A stretch of DNA of 64,000 bases from Glaucostegus cemiculus (Eukaryota). Below the pieces are notes generated by a model, which did no database searches, was not told the DNA's origin, and was given only the letters and a program-made list of their open reading frames with translations. Made by a program: the position numbers and the translations under genes. Below are positions 14,311-25,560 of the stretch, piece after piece (positions within the stretch are counted from its first letter, which is position 1; every line of letters starts with the position of its first letter). The stretch lies in assembly GCA_976551045.1 (NCBI GenBank), contig CDPCPM010000013.1, positions 33,294,001-33,358,000 on the forward strand. Reading direction: 5' to 3'.

Positions 14311-14571
14311 TTCTCTGTGTGTTCCCTCTTCTTAATTTGGTTTAGTAACTGTGGCTAGGAAATTGGCTGTCTCTGAAAAACCTCGTCTCTGAAAGTACAG
14401 CCCTGAAATGACAACATGAGAAACCTAAATTTATTCCAGGCACAACTGTGCTTTATGTAGCTGATCAATGGCTCTCTGTGACAATAAAGTGAAATTGGGA
14501 AAACTTTGGGAACGATATGTTCAATTACTAGAATATTCTCCTTGTGTTCTCTCTTCTTAATTTGGTTTAGT
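14311..14571 (+). repeat. 36-bp direct repeat (14311-14346 and 14536-14571)
   Basis: ttctc(tg/ct)tgtgttc(c/t)ctcttcttaatttggtttagt, 33/36 identical. Confidence 0.9.
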
Positions 14572-14683
14572 CACAACTTTCCCTCATTTCTCAATGCTAT
14601 TTTTTCAGCTTTTAAAGGAGCACAATGAAAAATGGCACTGACTCCATTGGGGAACGTCATATCATCTAAATCTACCTGAGATG

Positions 14684-14951
14684 GGCGGCACGATAGCGTA
14701 GCGGTTAGCGCGACGCTGTTACAGTGACAGCGATCGGGGTTTGATTCCCGTCGCTGTCTGTAAGGAGCTTGTACGTTCTCCCGTGTCTGCATGGGTTTCC
14801 TCCGGGTGCTCTGGTTTCCTCCCACATTCTGAAAGACATACGGGTAGGTTAATTTGGGGGTTTAAAATGGGCGGCGTGAACTCGGAGGGCCGAAAGGGCC
14901 TGTTACCACGCTGTAAGTAAATAAAAATAAATAAAATTTAAATTTTAAATT
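14684..14951 (+). mobile_element. Young full-length tRNA-derived V-SINE with target-site duplication
   Basis: CpG-rich head with A box (tagcgtagcgg) and B-box-like ggtttgattccc, V-domain and AT-rich tail. TSD TGAGATG at 14677-14683 and 14952-14958. Confidence 0.92.
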
Positions 14952-16224
14952 TGAGATGTTTCTGAAGATTCTTTTGAATGTTGGCATCTCCTGCCACCCT
15001 ACAGTTGCTCCAGGATTTTTTTTTAACTATTTCGATATTGCCTCTTGGATGTTGTTTCATTTCTGCATATTCCTCTTATGTCAGCTATCAGGCAACAACT
15101 ATTTAGCTTGCTTCAGTTTTGCAACATTTGATTTCAAGTTTTATCTATTCCCTTTATTGCGAGTTATAAAGGGCAAAGGAATATTACACGAGGTATGAAT
15201 TCAAACAGGTTTGATAAAGCCTCTGGCATGTGCTTCTGCATTTCGCAGCTCAACTCTAAATCTTTCAATAATCATGTTTGCCATATGTCATTGTGATCCT
15301 TCAAGAAATCAGTGAAGTTGTGAATGCTGTACTTTAAACGAATATTGCAGTAATTGAACACACATTTGCCCAAAGTCAATTCACAATGATGTGATAACAT
15401 TATGGCTGCGTACACTCAAATATAATCATATCTTCTCTAGTTCATTAAGTTCTCTACCTTCAACATTAACATTTTAAAATGTACCTTGAATGTACTGAAA
15501 GCAATGTCCAAGGTTTCATATCATAATTATTGTGAAATGGCACGTGTAAGGTAGAATGTAGTGTCTGCAAAAGGGTGATATAAATGAAAGGTAAAGTAGA
15601 AGAACAGGTTAATACTGAGATATAAGACAGAAAATGCCAATGCATTTGAATTGAGAGCTGAGAGAATATAACCCATAACAGACAAGTGGTGTTTTTACAA
15701 ACAGTAAAAGCCAGCTGAACTGAAATTTGCATTTATCGATGAAAAGGCATGAAGAGATGATCATTGTTATTAATCTAAGGTGAACAAGATATTTCAGCAT
15801 AATTGAGCAAAAAGCAACAGTAGAAATGTGACATTATGTAGGAGGGAACAAAAGCAATCTAAAATTTTCAAGAGGTACTCATACTGGCTGGAGTCTAACC
15901 TCCAAGATTTTGATTATATGGGAAGAGGAATTGATCTGAAGGGTGTTGCTGGCATGGCAAGTTTTGATCCAGTGCCAAAACAAATAATATAACTTAAAAT
16001 CTGTTTAGTGTTGTAAACTATTACTTTAATACCAGTGTGTTTTAACTTTCTATGCACAAATAAAACTAACTTTTCTACCAATACAGTGTCAGGGGTCTCC
16101 TCTTAAAATCAACAGAGCTTTTCTTTTATTGATGGTAATAAATCAAACTAACAAACTTACTGAATGTACTTGTACTGCCTCCTAATTGCTGTAAGATGTA
16201 AACATTTTCAAATGCATTGTACAT

Positions 16225-16975
16225 TACAACACAGGAGGCCATTCAGCATGTCTTTGCCAGTTGAAAAACCCTACCTAGCCTAATCTCACTTTCAGGTCAT
16301 CACTCCTAAGGTGCATATCCAAGTATTTTTTTTAATATGATGAATATTTCTGTCTCTACCATCCTTACAGGCCAAAAGTTCCAGCTCCCTATCACTCTCT
16401 AGGTAGAAAAACTTTTCTGAACTCCCCTCATACTCCAATCAATTACAATAGATCTGTATGCCCTGGATTTTACCATGCTGCTTAGTGAAATTAGTTCTTC
16501 CTATTTACTCTGCCCCTCATAAATTTATAAACCACAATTAAATCTTGCCTTGACCCCCTCTTTCCTAAGTAAACACCCCCAGTCTGTCCAGCTAAAAGTT
16601 TCCACTTCCTGGCAACATCCTCAATAATCTGATTGTACTCTCTCTTTCCTGTTGATCAAAACTGTACTCAGTACTCTCATTGTGGCCTAAGTGTTGTATA
16701 CAGTTCTAACATAACCTCCCTTTTCTTATTTTCAATGCCTTAGCTACAAAAAATAGCAAATTGTAAGCCCTTTTAACCATCTTTTTGATCTGTCTTGCAA
16801 CATTTATGGATGTGTGGACAAACAAGGTCTCTGTTGCTTCACACCTCTCAGTACACTCACATTTATGACTATTCCCTTGCTATATTGCACTTTCTCAAAT
16901 GCATTTTCTCATACTACTCCAGACTGAATTCAATTTGTTAATTTTCTATCCAAGCGACCAGTCAATCCATATGTT
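16225..16975 (-). mobile_element. CR1-type LINE, old 3' fragment
   Basis: Starts with the reverse-strand CR1 tail (aggaggccattcagc) and contains degenerate CR1 ORF2 C-terminal motifs (aactgtactcagtactc...tggcctaa). Confidence 0.75.
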
Positions 16976-16989
16976 CGAATCAGTTATTC

Positions 16990-17075
16990 AATCTAAAGCA
17001 AAAAAAACACAGGAAGAACTCAGCAGGTCAAACAGCATCTGTAATGGCTAAATGTATATGTCACCCTTTCATATA
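16990..17075 (+). repeat. Penelope-associated short repeat fragment
   Basis: ggaagaactcagcaggtcaaacagcatctgt motif, shared with copies at 19745, 42912 and 58720. Confidence 0.6.
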
Positions 17076-19587
17076 GTTGAAATAAATTAAATGAACATTT
17101 TAATGTATTACAGATTTCCTTCATAAATAAAATAACTACAGTTACTTTCCATACTGATATTAACTACTCAAAAAATACAATGGGCTTCTATCAATTAACA
17201 TATACAATTTAAAAACCTTTGCACGTATATTGCTTCCAATGAATTTGTTGGTACGTGACTACATGGGATATGAAGTTTCCATATTATATTACAACATTTA
17301 AAAATAAGTATTAGTATTAACTGTAATAGCTGATGTGCAATGATGTAAAGGCACAAATCACAGTATTGTTAACCAGCTTCTACTTTTGCTGTACACATTA
17401 ATAAATAAATAGTTTATCTTTCCATGCCTCACTTTTATATTGAATGAGTATCATGTTCTATAACGAGATGCACCACATGCTAAACAATTATTTTTACCAT
17501 TAACTGAACAAGTCTCATGCTTTATAACAAAGAAATATCACACGCTTAACTGCTATTTAACCATTTGGTTTTGCTGTTAACCACAGTCTACAACAAGTTT
17601 ACACAAAACCAAACCATGCAGAACAATGTTTTAGCTAATAACACACACATGAAAACATTTATATATATATATATGTGAATTGGGATATGGGCAGATTAGT
17701 TGGTTCAACATGACTTTAAACTTCAGGGAACATGTATTTTATTGAAATATCACAACAACGTACATACCACAATGGCAAATATCTGTGCTTTGCTATTATC
17801 CCTCAGAATATACTTATTGTCTTATAATGCTTTTGTGCTGGTGGAGACAGCTGAACTCTTGTTCCAAAGCTTTCTACATACCTTCTGTCCCAGAGAGAAT
17901 TTTATTCAGCTATTGATTTTCTCCTTGTCAAAATGTCTTACGTTCTTATAAAAGAAAATTGGGCAGAATTTACGATGATTACCTGACGTGAAACCACCAA
18001 ATATGCCCCACCCACTATAATCCCAAATGTGATTTTGCTTAGTCCCATTCCAAAACCTCTCAATGTGCAGATTTTTTAAAATCCTGTCCTTATCTACAAC
18101 CTCATCTCTGCAACTCCCTTTGGCCCAATATTTCTGTAAGCATATTTTGCTTTTCTGACACCAGTTTTCTTTCCCTCAGTTTTCCAAGGGCCTGTATCTG
18201 TTCCAGTTCCACACTTAAATATGCAACCCAGTTTCTTCTGGTTGAATGGTATGGGGGAAAATGGAGAGTAGCCTTAGGAACTAGGAGAAGGGAGAAGGAA
18301 GTACCATGGTGGGACATGGAAGCACACGTTGATGATCAGTGAATCAGGGAAGAATGGACCTGCTGAGGATGGAGTAAAGAAAATGACTGCTGAAATAATT
18401 TCGAGGAACCAATCACTGAAATTCAAATAACCATTGTAATTTCTTTTTTCTAGCATTAAAAATCTATAAATTGTGAGGAGTGAAAATGTTCAAAATGATG
18501 CAAAAATTATTTATAATATAACATTTCAACATTTTCCTCAGGAGTAGACACCAGATCTAACTGGAAATACATTATTGACATGCAACAATGCTGGGCAAGA
18601 AAGCATTTTTGTACTGTTTAAAGTTTTTTAATTTGCTGCCCAGTTTTCATAATGTTATAGTCAATTAAACTAGGTTTAAAACCCTAACTGATATTAGACA
18701 GATTTTGTAAAGAAGAATATTTAAGCTTTGCTGTTGAAATTTTGATTTTTTTTAAAGAATTAATTAATTAGTTCCTGACTAGCAAAAAGAATATAAAGAA
18801 ACAAGCATTTATTTTTGTAGACAAAACTATAATTTCCCACTTTCAGTGTGGAATCTTAAAAGGTAATAATGTCCCATAATTGAAGACTTAATTGAAGGGT
18901 CCGTGTGTTTCCTAATCCTTACCATAAAATCAATTTATTTCCTTGAGCACTAATCTTTAGGATTTTATTACAAGGGATTATTTTTATAATACAAATAAAG
19001 GAATGTATAACAATATTTGTTATAAACCCCTAGCTCACAGCACTTTTACAGTTTCAGATGCTAATGTCTCATCTTAAGACTTCTAATTTTGGATTTCATC
19101 TTTTTGAAACTTTAGTTTACTCTTATTTGTTAGACTATAATGCCTAGCTCTAGATACACCATGTATTAACACAATGCACTCCACAAATATATGGTATGTG
19201 ATAACTACTTTACACAAATTTTAGTGAAGTACATTTAGTTACAAAATAATGCCTCATATCAGGTCAAACTTTGACTAGAATCTCATTAAACTATTGCAAC
19301 TCATGCACGGCGATGCATCAGTAAAACCTTCTATTTCAGTAACTTCAAAGGAAAACTGTATTTATGCATTCTAGGAAATAGAAATTCAATGCACTAAATG
19401 TGAATATGGTAGTCTATTTGTGTTGAAAGCTATTTCTGAAATTAATTTTCATTTAAGTTAACATATACAAATTATTCAGTAAGTTAATATTTCAAAAGCC
19501 ACAAAGGAAAATCAGCCCAATGTCTGGTAATCAATAAAATAATTCAGTAGTTTTGGCCAATGAATATGAAAATTTGATATTATTTTT

Positions 19588-20480
19588 GGCCCTGATATTG
19601 CAGCAGTAATGATGGTAGTACCACAGAAGTTCACTATCCACTATCTGAAACTGACAGCATTAACTTTGGATCCAGAAGTATGAAAATTGAGGAAAGGTGA
19701 TCTGGGGTATTTGAACAGGATAGAAAATTCAGGAGCTAGTGTCAGTGCAAAAGTCAAACCGCTGGAGGAACTCAGCAGGTCAAGCAGCATTTGTGGAGGC
19801 AAAGGGATAGTCGATGCTTTGGGTTGAGACCTTGTAACAGGACTCACTGCAGTGATTCTATTACTGATTCACTGCAAACCTGCAGACTGTGCTTATATGT
19901 TGAACTCATCACAGGACAACAAGAGTAGGAACATGAGTAAATTGCCAAGTACTTAACAAAGGATCTCACCCAAAGATCCTGCATCAGGTCAAGGTGAGGT
20001 AAAGAGCAGCTATGAGAGTCTCTGGTAGTAATGTGTTGATTTCAAACAAATGTCCTCAGGCTTACTAACTTAAAAAATGCTTTTTAAAATCATTTCAAGA
20101 TTTCTTTAAATATCTCTTTAATGGATTATTAATTTAGCTAAGTGTTTAAATGCATAGGTTTTTTAAAAAAATTCTGAAATTAGCAAATGCTTGGAACATC
20201 TCAGTAATATTCAGAGCATTTTTAAAAAGCTGAACTGTATTAACAGCTGTTGATAAGACTGGAAGTGTGATTTTTTTTCTGATTTTTTGGGCTGGACTTA
20301 TTCTGAGCACCCAGTCTGATGCCCTACTACAGCAGAATAAAACACCTAAGGCCTCCATTGTGGTAAGATCTTCCAGCATTCTCTCTAAATTGATCCTGGG
20401 AGGATAGCTGAAGATAGGCATTGGCTTTTAGCCAAGTTTTCCAATGAAGTTGCCGGCTCAATGCTGACTGCAAAATCTGA
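19588..20480. mobile_element. Possible old non-autonomous DNA transposon (MITE-like)
   Basis: Imperfect terminal inverted repeats cctgatattgcagcag / ctgactgcaaaatctga. Similar gg(c)ctgga/gaatttt-type ends occur near 8172, 17961, 28145 and 56284. Confidence 0.35.
19745..19850 (+). repeat. Penelope-associated short repeat
   Basis: gctggaggaactcagcaggtcaagcagcatttgtggaggcaaagggatagtcgatgctttgggttgagacc. Confidence 0.65.
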
Positions 20481-21121
20481 TGTGTTATACCTTCAAGTTA
20501 CTTTCTGCAATGTGGGCTAGTTATTTATCCCAGTACAAGCTCTGTTGCATTCTTTGAAGATTAATTTCACTAGAATAAAGGTAACTGTAAAAATAGAATC
20601 CCATAAACTCAGCAAAGATAAGGTCCACCCTTATACCCTTCTTCTCAAAGCTTAAATATTTTCAAGACTATTGTTTCTAATTTTAAAAATCCACCTATAC
20701 AAAGCACAAACATTTTAAAAGGACATAATCTCTTATAATTGGATTAGCCATCAATGTAGCAATAAGAATAGAGTTGCAAACAGCTGTAGTTGGAGAGACA
20801 CATTTAAAGTATGATGAGGGTCACAATATCTTAAAATGCTTGCACAAGGAATTATTGAATGATGCAATGAACAAAGAAATATAGAAACACTTTACAATTG
20901 TTGCTCCATGTTAACAGGCAATTTTACTCTTCTGGGAATTAAAGTCTGATTTTATATTTAAATCAATGGAAGGTCTCAGCTTGAAATTTGTAATATGAAT
21001 ATGTAAAGTAAGGCTATCAGTGCTCGTTATTAAAATGAAACAAACTACACCACAATTTCTGGAGTAAGTACGTGTACAACTAAATGTGGAAGTTCAGACG
21101 GTGCTGTCAGTCATTTGCTAA

Positions 21122-21678
21122 TTTACTACAAGGAGCTCCCATAGACTTATCCACAGCAATCATCAGAAATCAGTGTATTAATGAGAATATTACTCAGAAG
21201 AAATAGGAACAACAACTTGCCAAGTCCACTTACCCACCACTTTCCTTTACTGATTAAAAATCTATCTATATCAGCTTTGTATATATCCAAGAATTCAGCC
21301 TCAACTTCCTGGGATAAGGAGTTCTAAAGAGAGACAACTCTTTGTGAGAAGAAATTCTTTCTTACCTCATTCTTAAATAGATTCCCCATTACTCCGAGAC
21401 TATTCCCTCTGGTCTTAAGTCCTACCATAAGGGGTAGTATTATCTCAGCACTTACTCTGTCAAGCCCCTTAAGAACCTTACAATTCAATAAGATTGCCTT
21501 TCATTGTTCTAAACCCCAATAAATACAGACCCAACCTGTTCAACTTTTCTTATGACAATCCCTCCATATCTGGCATCATCCCAGTTGTTGTTCCTATTTC
21601 TTCTGAGTAATATTCACATTAATTCACTGATTTCTGATGATTGCTGTGGATAAGTCTATGAGAGCTCCTTGTAGTAAA
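21122..21678. repeat. 96-bp inverted repeat (21122-21217 / 21583-21678), 365-bp spacer
   Basis: The reverse complement of the second arm matches the first at 93/96 positions. Confidence 0.97.
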
Positions 21679-22800
21679 CTGTCTCCAGTGATAATATCTC
21701 TCCTGAACTCTTCACTGTATTCTAGATGTGGTTTCACTAGTGCCTTATGCAGTTGTAGTAGGACTTTCTTACTTTTATACTTCAAACCTCATTAAATAAA
21801 AATATCAGCATTCCATTAGCATTCCCAATTGCCTGCTGCACCTGTGTTTTGTGTACAAGGACCACCAAATACCTTTGTGCTACAGCTTTCCGCAGCCTCT
21901 CTCTATTTAAATAATAATCTGCTTTGTTATTCTTCTTTCTAAAGAGAACAAATTCACATTTTCCCAGATTATATTCCACCTGCCAACTTTTCCCCCAACC
22001 AGTTAATTTATCAATATCTCTGTGAACTGCTTATATCCCCTTCACAGTGTGTCTTCCTACCCACCTCAGGATCATCTGCCAGTGTGGCTAAAGGACTTTC
22101 AATTCCTCTCTCTAAATATAAATTGTAAATACTTGTAGTCCCAGTATTGATCCCTGTGTCTCCCACTGGTTACAGGTCACCAGCCTGAGAACAACCCACT
22201 TATCTTTATTTGTTGCTTCCTGCTCGATAGCCAATCCTCTGCACACATTAACGCCAATACCATGAGCTCCTGTCTTGCAAAGTAACCTTTTTGTGTGGTA
22301 CCTTGTCAAAGGCCTTTTGACAATCCAAATATATTACATCTACTGGTTCCCTTCTTCTCTTCTATCAACTCAGGCTAATTCCTCAAAGAATAATGAATTT
22401 GTTTTACATGATTTTGTCTGCTGTTATCTCCTTAATAATTGATTCTAAAATTTTTCCAACAATAGCTTTTGTCTGATTAGCCTACAATTACCTGTTTTCT
22501 GTCTTCATCTTTTTTGAGTAAGAGCATTGCATGGGCAGGTTTTCAATCCTCTGGTATTTCTCCACAGTCTAAAGGTTTGAAAGATTACAACCATTGCATC
22601 CACTATCTGTAGCTATTTCTTTTTGGATCCTAGGATGCAAACCAACAGGTCCAGAGGATTTACCATCTTTTAGCCCCATTAGTTTGCCTAGTACTAATTC
22701 TTGAATATGGTGATGATATTTCAATTCCACCCCTCCACCTTCTCCTGTAAAAACTGATGAAAAATCTCACTTTTCTTCCATTTCGTTGTGCCCTATAACC
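21195..22800 (-). mobile_element. CR1-type LINE, decayed RT and 3' end
   Basis: ORF pieces MEYNLGKCEFV...YYLNRERL...YLVVLVH and RLLCKTGAHGIG...QGSILGLQVFTIYI are CR1 RT motifs. Confidence 0.88.
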
Positions 22801-22976
22801 ATGTGATAGTTTAGAGAATGGCACAGAGAATGTTATAGTTTATTGAATGAAATGCAGTTGATATTTTACAGGAATATTAAGATATGAATCCTACTTAATG
22901 CCCTCTTTGGTCCTAAAAGCAAAATTAATGCCTGAAGACTAATTTGCTCAAATAATTATTTCACTATCCTGTGCTT

Positions 22977-24086
22977 AGAGTCATACAGCACAGAAACAGG
23001 CCATTCAGCCCAACTGGTCCATGCCAACCAAGATTCCCATCTAAGGTAATCCCATTTGCCCCCTTTTGGCCCATATCCCTCTAAAGTTTTCCTATCCATC
23101 TGCCTGTCCAAGGTGACTTTTAAACATTGTTAATGTACCTGCCTCAAAAACTTCTTCTGGCAGCTCATTCCATATATTGACTACTCTCGGTGAGGAAGAA
23201 GTTGCCCCACAGGTTCTTACTAAATCTCTCCCCTTTCACCTTAAACCTGTGCCCTCTAGATAATTATTGATTCCACAACCCAGGGAAAAAGGCTGCACAT
23301 TCACCCCATCTATACCCCTCATGTTATACATCTCTAGAAGATTACTACTCATTCTCTTATGCTCCAGTGAATAAAGTCCAAACACCAACGTCTTGGACAA
23401 GCGCAACATAACATCTCAACTTCTATACTCAATACCCTGATTGATGAAGGCCAGCATGCCAAAAGCCTTCTTCACCATCCTGTCTACCTGCGACGCCACT
23501 TTCAGGGAACTATGTACTTGTAATTCCCAGTCCCTCTGTTTTACAACACTCACCAGGGCCCAACCGTTCACTGTGAAAGTCCTACCCTCATTTGTCTTCC
23601 CAAAATGCAACACCTCACATTTATCTGAATTAAACTCCATTGGCCATTCCTCAGCCCACTTAGCCAGCTGATCAAGAACCCTCTGTAAATCCTGATAGCC
23701 ATCATCACTGTCTACAACACCACCTATTTTAGTGTCATCTACAAACATAACTAACCATGCCTTCTACATTCTCATCCAAATCATTGATATAGATGACAAA
23801 TAAAATGGGCCTAGCAGTGACCCCTAGGGAACACCACTAGTCACAGGCTTCCAGTTAAAAAAAAAACAACCTTCCACTATCACCTTCTGCTTCCAACCAT
23901 CAAGCAAATTGTGTATCCAATTAGCCAGCTCTCCCTGGATCCCATGCAATCTAACCTTCCATAGCAGCCTACCATGTAGAACCTTATCAAAGGCCTTACT
24001 GAAGTCCATATAGGCTATGTCTACCGCCCTGCCCTCATCAACCATCTTGGTTACTTCCTCAAAAAAACCAAATTGGTGAGACATGA
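22977..24086 (-). mobile_element. CR1/HER1-type LINE, 5'-truncated, RT domain
   Basis: ORFs FFEEVTKMVDEGRAVDIAYMDFSKAFDKVLHGRLL...VTSGVP and FVDDTKIGGVVDS...WPMEFNSDKCEVLHFG. 3' tail lies at 22977. Confidence 0.96.
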
Positions 24087-25477
24087 AGTGTTTGTTAAAC
24101 AATAACAATTATTTTAGGATATATCAGCATACACACAAATCTGATATGAAAAATCTGATCCTTATTTTGCTTTCTGTATTACATTTAATCTAGTCTTGGT
24201 TACTATGTGCAAGAACTCTTCGACATGACATACTGCTTAACATACTAGTTGCTGGATGCCAGAGGTTCTCCAGACAGCAAAATGATATTAGGATAGGTAA
24301 AATCTGACACAGAATAAATTATACCTATGTGAGCAGCTTTTTTGTTTGAGGTCAGCAACAACGCTTGCCACCTTGCCATTCAATGTGCTCATTACTGCCC
24401 CCCCCCCCCCCCCATTGCTTTGGGGATTGGGTGACACCAATTATTGTGCATTCCCCGGTGCTCTGAATTGATGGTGCTGGGCCTTCTTTTTGATTAGTGA
24501 TTTATTTCTCTTTATGATGGAGTCGGCAATGGAACGTTGGACTTGTTTCAGGTGAAGCCAGACTATTATATTTCATATCAGTAAAGAAATATAGAGTGCC
24601 TCTGATAATGTTTGTAATGGTTGATTTATGAGCTTTTAGCTCAATCTTACCCATCTCCATCTTCATTATCACACAATGAAAATATGTTGAAACAAATGTA
24701 ATTTTACAATGTCTGGAGGCATGAGAAGTACCTCTACAGCTCCAAAGCCATTTATAGTGTACATTTTATTCTATATATTGGTGTAATCATTAAAAAAAAC
24801 TAGAAAGGAAATTATATGTAACTGTTGTGGAATGTTTTGTAGTATCTTATAAAATGGGAAGTATATTGCTTATATCTTTGGGGAATCATTTGAACATTTC
24901 TCATGGTGATACGTCCTTTTGAGGATTTAAGCTTGTCTTCCTATTGAAGTTACGAAGGTAAGAATCACTGTACACTTTGATATGACCGCCTCATCTCCAT
25001 AATCAGGAATGATAATTGGATATAATATTCTTGGAGTAGATATTTCCTTGGTGGTAGTTGTTCACCCAAGCTGCATGAGTGCCTTATATTTAGGAATGTG
25101 TCTGAACCACCCAATGTATGTATGCTTAACCTTAGGGTATAACAAAATTATCCTTGTGAGCCGAACTGGATATAGTATCTTTCACACATGTGCTTCTTCA
25201 GTCTCTTTGAAGACAGACTAAGAAAATAGTTATGAAGATAAGGCTTGATATGAATCATTAAGCTGTTTTATTTCACAAAGCAAGTTATTATTGGATTGTC
25301 TTGACTCAAACAGTACAGCTGTCCATGTCTAATAATACAAAATAAAGAATGTGTTATGCTTCTCCCTATTAATGGTTTGACTAGGCAGACTTAAAGAAAA
25401 TAACCTGTACCGCTTTCCTTTATTCTCCTCCTGAGCCTGCATTCATAGTTTTCTGTTGAAATTTAACTGATTGCCTG

Positions 25478-25560
25478 TGAAGTTAGGTCACAGATCAGTC
25501 ATGATCTCATTGAATAGTGAAACAGGCTCGAGGGGGTAAATGACTTACTCCTATGTTCAT
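25478..25560 (+). mobile_element. CR1 3' tail fragment
   Basis: ggtcacagatcagtcatgatctcattgaatagtgaaacaggctcgagggg...ctcctatgttc. Confidence 0.7.

Noticed and set aside
14684-14760. tRNA-like sequence with A and B boxes
   Set aside because: It is a SINE head continuing into a V-domain and tail with a TSD, not a tRNA gene.
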